A program made the position numbers and the translations under genes. Below, one piece after another: positions 17,625 through 26,342 of a stretch of 64,000 nucleotides of DNA (its first letter is position 1; the number at the start of each line of letters is the position of its first letter). The notes beneath the pieces are model-generated. The model was not told where the DNA came from and did not search any database. It worked only from the letters and a program-made list of their open reading frames with translations. This DNA is from Polyangiaceae bacterium (lineage in GTDB: Bacteria; Myxococcota_A; Polyangia; Polyangiales; Polyangiaceae), in NCBI GenBank assembly GCA_044222475.1, contig JBGANF010000002.1:32001-96000 (forward strand), written 5' to 3'.

Positions 17625-20390
17625 GTGAGCAGCGACCTGCCTCCGGATGCCGGCAGCCGTGAAGTCGGCAAAGGCCGCGATGGCGGTACCCCCCCGCCGA
17701 CGCGGCCTTCGGGCAACGGCACCGTCGAAGAGGACGAGGACGAGGGCGCACCGGAGGTCCCGCCGGCCGCCGGAAGCTGGGTGGATCTCGCGAATCCGCC
17801 GTCGAGCGAGGGGCCCAGGCTCCGCGAGCGGCTTCGGGTCAAACCCGACGCGGTGACCGTCCGAACGGACCCGTCGTCCCTGCCCGAGACCCCGCGGGAG
17901 GGCATCGGCCTGTTCGACCTCGTCGGACCGGTCGCCCGGCGCGCGCTCGAGCTCGGGCTCGCCGCGCGTGAGCCGAGCTTCCACGTGTTCGTCGCCGCCG
18001 CCCCCGAGGTCATGATCGAAGACGACGTCGTGCGCTACGCCGAGCGGATGATCTCCCGGCCGGGGCGCGCTCTCGTCGCATCGGACGTCGCGTACGTCCA
18101 CGACTTCGAGCGCCCCGAGGCGCCGCGTCCTCTCCTGTTGCCACCCGGAGGTGCGCGCCGCCTCGCGAAGGCGCTCGACGCGGCGATCGAGCAGCTCGAC
18201 GAGCACCTCGCTCACATGGACGAGGTCGAAGAGCTCAAGGCCGCGCAGACTCACCTCGCGAAGGAGCTCGAGGCTTCGAACAAGGCGACGTTGACCGCGC
18301 TCGAGTCGACCGCGAAGAACCTCGGCTTCGGTGTTCGGAGCATCCAAGGGGGCGTCCAGACGTTCCCGATCCTCCACGGCAAGCCGCTCACGTCGGAGCA
18401 GTTCGAAGCGCTCGACGAATCGACGAAGCGCGCGCTCCACGCCGGCGAGCAGCGCCTCACCCACGAGGTCGAGCGCGCTGCGGCGGTCGTCGCCGAGAAC
18501 ACCGAGCGCTTCGCCGAGGCACGGCGCGACGCTCTCTCGCAGGTCGCGCACGCCCTCGTCGACGCGTCGATCGACGAGTGCCTCGCCGCCGTCGCCGACC
18601 TCGGCGACGAGGTGAAGAAGTTCGTCGAGCAAGCGCGAGCGGCGCTGAAGGAAGACTGGCCCGATCTTCTCGACGACGACGAGTCGAGCGGTGACGACAG
18701 CGACACCGAGAAGGGCGACGTCGATCCAGAGCACGCGCGCAGCCGCAACCGCTTCTGCGTGAACGTGTTCGTCGCCCGCGAGCCCGGCGCCGGCGCGCCG
18801 GTGGTGTACGACACCAACCCGACGTATCCCCATCTCTTCGGCTACCTCGAGCGGCGTGCGCGGTACGGCGCGCTCCTCACCGATTTCACCCGCATCCGCG
18901 CCGGCTCGCTGCAGCGCGCGTCCGGCGGCGTGCTCGTGGTCCGCGCGGCCGACGTCCTCGCCGATCCCATCATCTGGGAGCGGCTGAAGCGCGTCCTCCG
19001 CGAGCGGCGCATCGGCGCCGAGGATCCGCTCGGCCCGCTCGGCCTCTACGCGACTTCGCTCCGCCCGGTGCCGGTTCCGATCCGGGTGCGCGTCGTCCTC
19101 ATCGGTGCGCCGGAGCTCTACGCCGCGCTGCTCGACAACGATCCGGATTTCGCCGCGCTCTTCCGCGTGAAGGTGGAGTGCGAGCACTCGATCCCGCGGA
19201 CGATGGAGAACCTCCTCCGCCTCGACGGCTATCTCATGGCGATGGCGCGCGACCGCGAGTGGGGCCGCTTCGATCGCCCGGCGCGCGCGCGCCTACTCGA
19301 CCTCGCGACGAGGCTCGCCGGTGACCAAGAGCGCCTGGCGCTGAGCCTGACTCCCCTCGAGGAGACGGCCGCTTTCGCGAGCGCGCTCGCCGCCGCACGC
19401 GCGACGGGTGAGTCCGACGTTCCGCTCTCGCTCGGCGAGCGAAGCGATCAGGAGCCGAACCTGCATGCGTCCATTGCGCCGCCGTCCGTCGCGGTCATCA
19501 CCGCGGCCGACATCGAGCGCGCGTGGAGAGAGCGGCGCGAGCGCAACGGCTCGGCCGAGCGAACCTTCCGCGAGCTCACGCTGCGCGGCGAGGTCACGGT
19601 CGAGACGAAGGGCGCGCGCGTCGGTGTCGTCAACGGGCTCAGCGTCCTCTCCGTGGGTGACGTCGAGTTCGGTCAACCGATGCGGATCACCGCGGTCGTC
19701 GCGCTCGGTCGCGAAGGCCTCGTCGACGTCGAGCGCGAGGCGCAGCTCGGCGGGTCGATTCACACGAAGGGCGTCGCGATCCTCCGCGGATACCTCGGGA
19801 AGATCTTCGGGCAGGAGCGCCCGTTGAGCCTGCGCGCCCAGATCGCGTTCGAGCAGAGCTACGGGGAGATCGACGGCGACAGCGCGTCCTCGGCCGAGCT
19901 CATCGCGGTTCTCTCCGCGCTGGCCGACGTCCCCATCGACCAGAGCCTCGCGCTCACCGGCAGCGTCAACCAGCTCGGCGACATGCAGACGATCGGCGGC
20001 ATCTGCGCCAAGATCGAGGGCTACTTCGACCTCTGCCAAGCCCGCGGGCTGAGCGGAACCCAAGGCATCGTGATGCCGCGCCAGAACCTGCCGCACCTGG
20101 TGCTCCGCGACGACGTGCGGGAAGCGATCGACGCGGGTCGGTTCCATCTCTACGCCGTGTCCACGGTCGAAGAAGCGGTCGAGGTGCTCACCGGCATCGC
20201 GGCCGGCGTGCGCGACTCGGCCGGTCGGTTCCCGGCGGCGAGCGTGTTCGGCCGCGTCGAGCGGCGGTTGATCGAGATCGCCGAGCGCCTGCGCGAGGCC
20301 GAGGCTCACGCGACGCACCACGAAACGCCCCGCGAGGATCCGGGCTCGGACGCCGAGCTTCCCGAAGGTCCCGACTTCCGCGTGCGGTGA
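17625..20390 (+). CDS. Lon-like protease (LonC/AAA_32 type)
   Basis: NPTYPHLFG, TDFTRIRAGSL, VNGLSV, IHTKG, FEQSYGEIDGDSAS (catalytic Ser), AKIEG (catalytic Lys). Confidence 0.9.
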   Translation: MSSDLPPDAGSREVGKGRDGGTPPPTRPSGNGTVEEDEDEGAPEVPPAAGSWVDLANPPSSEGPRLRERLRVKPDAVTVRTDPSSLPETPREGIGLFDLVGPVARRALELGLAAREPSFHVFVAAAPEVMIEDDVVRYAERMISRPGRALVASDVAYVHDFERPEAPRPLLLPPGGARRLAKALDAAIEQLDEHLAHMDEVEELKAAQTHLAKELEASNKATLTALESTAKNLGFGVRSIQGGVQTFPILHGKPLTSEQFEALDESTKRALHAGEQRLTHEVERAAAVVAENTERFAEARRDALSQVAHALVDASIDECLAAVADLGDEVKKFVEQARAALKEDWPDLLDDDESSGDDSDTEKGDVDPEHARSRNRFCVNVFVAREPGAGAPVVYDTNPTYPHLFGYLERRARYGALLTDFTRIRAGSLQRASGGVLVVRAADVLADPIIWERLKRVLRERRIGAEDPLGPLGLYATSLRPVPVPIRVRVVLIGAPELYAALLDNDPDFAALFRVKVECEHSIPRTMENLLRLDGYLMAMARDREWGRFDRPARARLLDLATRLAGDQERLALSLTPLEETAAFASALAAARATGESDVPLSLGERSDQEPNLHASIAPPSVAVITAADIERAWRERRERNGSAERTFRELTLRGEVTVETKGARVGVVNGLSVLSVGDVEFGQPMRITAVVALGREGLVDVEREAQLGGSIHTKGVAILRGYLGKIFGQERPLSLRAQIAFEQSYGEIDGDSASSAELIAVLSALADVPIDQSLALTGSVNQLGDMQTIGGICAKIEGYFDLCQARGLSGTQGIVMPRQNLPHLVLRDDVREAIDAGRFHLYAVSTVEEAVEVLTGIAAGVRDSAGRFPAASVFGRVERRLIEIAERLREAEAHATHHETPREDPGSDAELPEGPDFRVR

Positions 20391-21514
20391 GCGCTGGATC
20401 GCCCATGCAACCCGGAGCGAGCCCGCTGCGCGCGATCTTTCGGGACGAGCTCGCCGACCTCGCGCCTTACGTGCCGAAGTCGCCGCCGGGCGTCGAGGTA
20501 CGGCTCGACGCGAACGAGGCGCCGCCGTGCGCCGCTCCCGAGCTGCGCGAGGCGCTGCGCGCCGCTGCCGCCGAGCTTCGCCTCGAGCGGTACCCCGACC
20601 CGCGAGCGACGGAGCTGCGTGCGCTGCTCGCGGCTCGATACGGGTGTGCTCCCGACGATCTCGTCTGCGGAACCGGCTCGGACGAGGTCATCTCGATCGT
20701 GGCGACGGCTTGCGCGCGCCGACGCGAGAAGCTGCCTCAGCCGGTCGTCCTCACGCCGACGCCGACGTTCGTCATGTACCGCGTGACGTCGCGCGCGCAC
20801 GGGTACAAGGTCGTCGAGGTTCCGCTCGACCGCGCGTGGCAGGTCGAGGTCCCGGTGATGGTGCGCGCGATCGAGATGATGACGCCCAACGTCGTCTACG
20901 TCGCGACGCCGAACAACCCGACCGGCGTGCGCGAGCCGATCGAGACGCTCCGCGCGGTCGCGACCGCGGCGGAGGCCATTGGCGCGCTCTTCGTCATCGA
21001 CGAGGCCTACGGCGAGTTCGCGAACGAGAGCGCCGCCGCGCTCCGGCGCGAGTTCACGAACGTGGGTGTGCTGCGTACGCTGAGCAAGATCGGCCTGGCG
21101 GCGCTTCGGGTCGGCACGCTCGAGGCGTCGACCGAGGTCGTCTCGATGCTCGAGCGCGCGCGCCAGCCGTTCAACATGGACGCGCTCGCGCAAGCGGCGG
21201 CGGTGCGGATCCTGCGAGACGCGGGGGCCGCGCTCGAGGCTCACGTCGCCGCGATCCGGGCCGAGCGCACCCGCGTGTTCACCGAGCTTCGCGCCATGGA
21301 CCGGCTCGATGTCGTCCCGTCCGAGGCGAACTTCCACTGGGTCCGCACGGCGCGCCCGGCGGGGGAGGTCTGGGACGAGCTCGTGGCGGCTGGGATCCTC
21401 GTTCGCAGCTTCCACGAGCGGGGAGGTAGGCTGGCCCACATGCTCCGCGTGACGGTGGGAACCGCGGCCGAGAACGATCGATTCCTGGAGGCGATCCGCC
21501 GATGCGCTGGTTGA
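20387..21514 (+). CDS. hisC: Histidinol-phosphate aminotransferase
   Basis: LDANE, RYPD, GSDE, PTFVMY, PNNPTG, IDEAY, RTLSK, LRVTVGT. Confidence 0.92.
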   Translation: MSAGSPMQPGASPLRAIFRDELADLAPYVPKSPPGVEVRLDANEAPPCAAPELREALRAAAAELRLERYPDPRATELRALLAARYGCAPDDLVCGTGSDEVISIVATACARRREKLPQPVVLTPTPTFVMYRVTSRAHGYKVVEVPLDRAWQVEVPVMVRAIEMMTPNVVYVATPNNPTGVREPIETLRAVATAAEAIGALFVIDEAYGEFANESAAALRREFTNVGVLRTLSKIGLAALRVGTLEASTEVVSMLERARQPFNMDALAQAAAVRILRDAGAALEAHVAAIRAERTRVFTELRAMDRLDVVPSEANFHWVRTARPAGEVWDELVAAGILVRSFHERGGRLAHMLRVTVGTAAENDRFLEAIRRCAG

Positions 21515-23013
21515 AGCTGCTCCTCTGTGGGGCCGCCCTCGCGGCGTGCGCCGGCCGCGACACGACGGTCGCGCGAGTCGTCGACGATCGTACCATTGTG
21601 GGACGATGGGTCGCGCCGGAGGCGTACCAGCTGTTCCTCCGTGGGTCGATCTCCGAGAGCGCCGGGAACCTCGACGACGCGATCTCGGCGTACGACGCGC
21701 TCGTCACCTGGGACGACGCGGATCCCGAGGTCTTCGCTCGGCTCGCGATGGTGCGGTGCACGAAGAACCCGGCCGATCCGGCCGCGAAGGTCGCGCTCGG
21801 TAGGGCTTTCGCCCTCGACCCGAGCTACGGACCGGCGTTCGAGGCCCGAGCGCGTTGCGGCGGAGGCTCAGCGGACCTCGGAAGAGCGGCCGCGGCGGAG
21901 CCCCGTTGGCTTCCGCTCCAGATCGCGGCGGCGACGGTCGACGGCGGCAGCGAGGCCGCACTCCTCGCCATCACTCTGCGGTTCGCCACGGCTCCGGCGG
22001 CGTGGGAAGCGCTCGCGACGTACGCCTTTGCGCACGGCGCCCGGGCCCTCGGGGTGCACGCTTCGGTCGAGTTGGCTCGGCTTTCGCCGATGCGTGTCGG
22101 GCTCCTCCACCGCTTCGCGACGACGCTCGCTGGGGACGGAGCTCTGACCGAAGCGCGCCGCGTCGCGGCCGCGGCGGTCGACGCCCGCGACGACGTGCGA
22201 CGCGGAGGTGCGCCTCCGCCGCCGGCGCTCGTGGCGCGCCTCGCGATCGACGAGGCGCTCGTTCGCGGCGATGCGACACTCGCAGTCCACCGAGCCGCGT
22301 CCGGGAGGGTCGCCGTCAGTGAAGCCGCGGCGCGAGCGCTCCTCCTTGGCCAGCGGGACGCGGCGAGCGAGATCGCCAAGACGATCGCCGCTGCCGATGA
22401 AGCCGACGCGGGAGCGCGCCTCGTCCTCGTCGCGCTGACCGCCGGTGCCGGGACGGCGCCGCCGATGGCGGCCGCCCCGGTGTCGGCCGCGGCGTGCGCC
22501 GGCTATCTGCGAGCAATCGCGACGCGCGACGGTACGCTGGCAGCCCGTCGAGCGGCGGCACCGGTGCGGTGCGAGGCGGCGATCGACGGCGACGGCCTCG
22601 TGGCTCGCGTTCAAGCCGATCTCGCGGCGCGCGAGGTCGTCGCCGACGACACCATCGGAATCGAGGCGCGGATCGAGCTCGCCGCCCGTCGTGACGACAA
22701 GGCGATCGCGTTCGACGTGTCACGCGTCGACCGCCGCCACGCGCTACTCGCGTCGGCGCTGCGCGGAGAGGAGATCCCACGCGGGCTCACCGACGATCCG
22801 TTGCTCGCCGCCGCGCAGCTCATCTCGCAGAGCAAACGAAGCGCGCCGATCGGCGACGACGAGCGCACGCACGCCGAGTCGATCGCCAAGGACGACGCGC
22901 TGCTCACCGCCGCGCTCGTGGCCGTCGTCTCACCGGAGAGGAAACCGGCGCTGCGAGCGAGGCTCCTCTCGATCGCAGCGACCGATGCCGAGCGTCGCCT
23001 GGCGCGAGAGTGA
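21502..23013 (+). CDS. Ala-rich TPR-like lipoprotein
   Basis: Lipobox LAAC; helical repeats such as AFALDPSY; overlaps the hisC end. Confidence 0.6.
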   Translation: MRWLKLLLCGAALAACAGRDTTVARVVDDRTIVGRWVAPEAYQLFLRGSISESAGNLDDAISAYDALVTWDDADPEVFARLAMVRCTKNPADPAAKVALGRAFALDPSYGPAFEARARCGGGSADLGRAAAAEPRWLPLQIAAATVDGGSEAALLAITLRFATAPAAWEALATYAFAHGARALGVHASVELARLSPMRVGLLHRFATTLAGDGALTEARRVAAAAVDARDDVRRGGAPPPPALVARLAIDEALVRGDATLAVHRAASGRVAVSEAAARALLLGQRDAASEIAKTIAAADEADAGARLVLVALTAGAGTAPPMAAAPVSAAACAGYLRAIATRDGTLAARRAAAPVRCEAAIDGDGLVARVQADLAAREVVADDTIGIEARIELAARRDDKAIAFDVSRVDRRHALLASALRGEEIPRGLTDDPLLAAAQLISQSKRSAPIGDDERTHAESIAKDDALLTAALVAVVSPERKPALRARLLSIAATDAERRLARE

Positions 23014-23259
23014 ACCCGTACCAACGCCTCTCGCGCCGCCCGCCGGCGTCCCCATTCCCGAGCGGGCTGCCGGCTAACAATCCTCCGCGATCCCGAGTGG
23101 AGCGACCCGTCCCGTTCCGGATTCGTTAGCCGGCGCCCACTCCGGCGCAGTGGAGGTGGCGCGGTGGCGGCACGTCCGTTGGCGCGCCACCGGTTCGGTT
23201 CGCGGGACGCGGTGTTTTGTGGGGTCCGGCGTTGGAACGGATGATGCGAGGCGGTTCGC

Positions 23260-23823
23260 ATGGACTGCGTAGTATTCGCCACCAAACGCGCGCACCTCTC
23301 GTACACCATCCACGCCAATCGCCACTTGGCGAAGTGGAACCTCACCGCGGCTCGCGTGGATCTGTTCGTTTGCCATCGGTCCGTCCTTCGAGTTCATGGT
23401 GTCGTCTACCAACGCGACCTCTGCGCACGCCTCGGGGTCTCTCGCGCGACCGTGGCCGTCATGCTCCGCCGAATGGAGAAACGCGGGCTCGTCGAGCGCC
23501 GCCGAAGCGACGGCGACCGACGAAAGGTCGTCGTCGCGATCACCCCCGCGGGGTATGCCGCGTTCGATCGGGCGCGCCATCTCGTCGACCGCGTCTATCG
23601 CGAGGTCGTCGATTCGACACTTCTCTTCGTCGAATTCGAGCAGCCAGTGCGCGCGAAGCGCGCACGATTCCTCCTCTATCTCGACACGCTGCGCACGACA
23701 TTCGGCGATTTGACCGTCAATCCCTACTCGATCGAAACCGGCCCCGTCGGTCCCACTGCCGAGGCACGAGATGGGCCGACGCGGGCCCTCGTCGAGGACC
23801 TCCTGCGGAAGTTCGTCGCCTGA
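23260..23823 (+). CDS. MarR-family transcriptional regulator
   Basis: LTAARVDL, QRDLCARLGVSRATVAVMLRRMEKRGLVERR...DRRKVVVAITPAG. Confidence 0.85.
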   Translation: MDCVVFATKRAHLSYTIHANRHLAKWNLTAARVDLFVCHRSVLRVHGVVYQRDLCARLGVSRATVAVMLRRMEKRGLVERRRSDGDRRKVVVAITPAGYAAFDRARHLVDRVYREVVDSTLLFVEFEQPVRAKRARFLLYLDTLRTTFGDLTVNPYSIETGPVGPTAEARDGPTRALVEDLLRKFVA

Positions 23824-23824
23824 C

Positions 23825-24787
23825 TCAGGGAAGTACGGGCGCGCGGTCCAGGCTGCGCGGGCGCGGCGCGACCTTCGCATATGGGATCGTCAGGTCGACC
23901 TTGGTGACGATGCCCGCTTGAACGTCGACCTCTTTGCGGACGTCCTGCTGAGGAGCGCCGCCGTCGCTCGAGATCTCGATGAACGGATGGAGCGCGCCGA
24001 CCGTGAGCTTGCCGACCGGCACGTTGTCGATCCGGTAGTGCCCGGATGTATCCGTGACCGCGTGGAGGCGGTGGCCGATGACGAACACGTCGATCTCCAT
24101 CCACTGATGGCTCGTACGCTCGATCACGCGGTAGCGCCCCAACTTGGTCGGGTAAAGCTTGACCGGGTCGCTCTTCGGTGCGGCCATCATCAGCGCCGGG
24201 GCAGGCTCGTTCTCGAGCTCGGGCGCGAAGGACTCCTGGGTGAGGTTGAGCACCTCGAGCGCTTGGCCAAGGGTGAGCACCACCGTGCGCTGGCTGTACG
24301 CGCAGTTCTCGATCGTGACCCGCTGCGACTCGTGGGCTTCGGGGAGGTAGAACCCGGAGTAGCCGGTGATGCCGACCATCGCGTCAGCGAGAGGGCGTTT
24401 GCCGTCCCGAAGCGGAGCGCCTTCGCGGAATTGTTTGCCGTATACCGCCGCCGCCGCCGGGCAGCCGTCGAAGCTCTTGCCCATCTGCGGGGGCGCCGGG
24501 TCGCCGGTGACGAAGATCGTCCCCTCGACAGTGCCGGTCGGCCCGGAGTAGGGGGGCAGCCCGTTCGGGTTCACCGCCGCCATGACGGCCGCGGACGTGA
24601 TGGGGAGCGCGTTCGCCGGCTTGGTGGGCGGTGCACTGGATGCCAACGGCGTTGACGAAGACCCCATCGGGGTCGGCGTCGGCTGTGTCTTGCACGCGGA
24701 GGCGCCGCACACGAGGGCAGAGATGCCAACGAAGGTGGCGATCGAGCGCGATTTTCGGGCGATTCGGAGCATGTCGGGCCCCATCAT
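23825..24787 (-). CDS. Lipoprotein with carboxypeptidase-regulatory-like / cupredoxin-like beta domains
   Basis: Lipobox ASAC; GTVEGTI, ENCAYS, HQWM, VTDTSGHYRIDNVPVG. Confidence 0.65.
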   Translation of the reverse strand: MMGPDMLRIARKSRSIATFVGISALVCGASACKTQPTPTPMGSSSTPLASSAPPTKPANALPITSAAVMAAVNPNGLPPYSGPTGTVEGTIFVTGDPAPPQMGKSFDGCPAAAAVYGKQFREGAPLRDGKRPLADAMVGITGYSGFYLPEAHESQRVTIENCAYSQRTVVLTLGQALEVLNLTQESFAPELENEPAPALMMAAPKSDPVKLYPTKLGRYRVIERTSHQWMEIDVFVIGHRLHAVTDTSGHYRIDNVPVGKLTVGALHPFIEISSDGGAPQQDVRKEVDVQAGIVTKVDLTIPYAKVAPRPRSLDRAPVLP

Positions 24788-24805
24788 GCCAGTCCCGTAC
24801 CGATC

Positions 24806-26341
24806 TCAGGTAGGCGAGAGGCCGGTGGCCGCATCGACGACGACGTCGAGCGAGCGACCCGGCATCAGCCCCAGCGCGATGACGAGGATGGCGCTGAAGA
24901 TGAGCGCCGCGGTGACGTAGCCGGACTTCATCGGCTTTGCGACCGGAGCGCCGGCCGCCGGCTCGCGCATGTACATGTAAACGAGCACGCGGAGGTAGTA
25001 GTACGCGCCCAGTACGCTGTTCACGAGACCGATGACGGTCAGCCAGGTGTAGCCGCCGTCCATCGCGGCGCGGAAGATGAACCACTTCCCGAAGAAGCCT
25101 GCGGTCGGCGGGATGCCGGCTAACGAAAGTAGGAAGAGCGCGAACGGCAGGGCAGCCGCGGGGTGGCGGCGGCCGATTCCGGCGAGGTCCTCGTAGCTGA
25201 CCGCCTCGGCTCCCTTCGAGCCGCAGAGGATCAGCGCTCCAAACGCGCCGGCCGTCGAGACGGTGTAGGTGAGGAGGTAGAACATCACCGACGCGCTCGC
25301 CTGTTGCTGAGCGCGCCCCATCGCCACGACCCCGACGAGGAGATAGCCGGCGTGCGCGATGCTCGAGTACGCGAGCATGCGCTTGACCGACTCCTGCCGA
25401 CCCGCGATCAGGTTGGCGACCGTCATCGTGACGACGGCGAGCATCGCGACGACGGGCGGCCATCCGCTCGTCCAGGACGCGAGGTGATCGTCGCCGAGGA
25501 CGGTGAGGAGCACACGCAGCATCATCGCGAACGCGCCGCCCTTGACCGCCACGGCCATGTACGTCGTCGCCGGCGTCGGCGCACCTTCGTACGCATCCGG
25601 CGTCCACATGTGGAACGGAACGGCCGACACCTTGAAGGCGAGCCCGGCGAGCACGAGGATGATCGCGAACACGACCATCGGCCCGACGGCCTCCTTCGCC
25701 ATCACTGGCGCGTCCGCCGGAGTCTCGCCACCGGCGAGCGACTTCAGCCCCGCACCGAGGCCCACCAAGTCGGTGTGACCGGTGGCGCCATAGAGCAGCG
25801 CGAAGCCGAAGAGGAGCAGCGCCGCGGCGAACGAGCCGAGGAGGAAGTACTTCATCCCGCCTTCGGCCGAGCGCGGCGAAGTGCGGCGGAACGCGGTGAG
25901 CGCGTACGCGCCGATGCTCATCGTCTCGAGCCCGAGGACGAGGACCAGGAGGTCGCCAGCGGCCGCGAGCATCATCGCTCCGAACGTCGAGAACAGCAGG
26001 AGCGTGTAGAACTCGCCGCGCTCCAGGTTGTGCTCGGGGAGGTACCCGCCCGCGAGGAGCGACGCGAGCGCGCCGCCGAGGCAGAGCAGCACGTCGAAGA
26101 AGAGCGAGAAGCGATCGACGTTGAGCCAGGGCGACAGCGCCTCGAGCCCCTTGAGGTGCTCGACGCCGTACAGCCAGAGCCCGGCCGCGCACGCGCCGGA
26201 GGCGACGAAGACCATCGTCGCGCCGAGCGCCAGCCCGGACGCGCCGTCGCTTCGAACCTTCCCGAACGCCTCGGAGAGCATCAGGAGGAGGGTTCCCAGT
26301 CCGAGGACGAGGAACGGCGAGAGAGCGAACGCGAGATCCAT
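24806..26341 (-). CDS. nuoN: NADH-quinone oxidoreductase subunit N
   Basis: EGGMKYFLLG, FKVSAVPFHMWTPDAYEGAPT, KRMLAYSSIAHAGY, LAGIPPTAGFFGK. Confidence 0.96.
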   Translation of the reverse strand: MDLAFALSPFLVLGLGTLLLMLSEAFGKVRSDGASGLALGATMVFVASGACAAGLWLYGVEHLKGLEALSPWLNVDRFSLFFDVLLCLGGALASLLAGGYLPEHNLERGEFYTLLLFSTFGAMMLAAAGDLLVLVLGLETMSIGAYALTAFRRTSPRSAEGGMKYFLLGSFAAALLLFGFALLYGATGHTDLVGLGAGLKSLAGGETPADAPVMAKEAVGPMVVFAIILVLAGLAFKVSAVPFHMWTPDAYEGAPTPATTYMAVAVKGGAFAMMLRVLLTVLGDDHLASWTSGWPPVVAMLAVVTMTVANLIAGRQESVKRMLAYSSIAHAGYLLVGVVAMGRAQQQASASVMFYLLTYTVSTAGAFGALILCGSKGAEAVSYEDLAGIGRRHPAAALPFALFLLSLAGIPPTAGFFGKWFIFRAAMDGGYTWLTVIGLVNSVLGAYYYLRVLVYMYMREPAAGAPVAKPMKSGYVTAALIFSAILVIALGLMPGRSLDVVVDAATGLSPT

Positions 26342-26342
26342 G

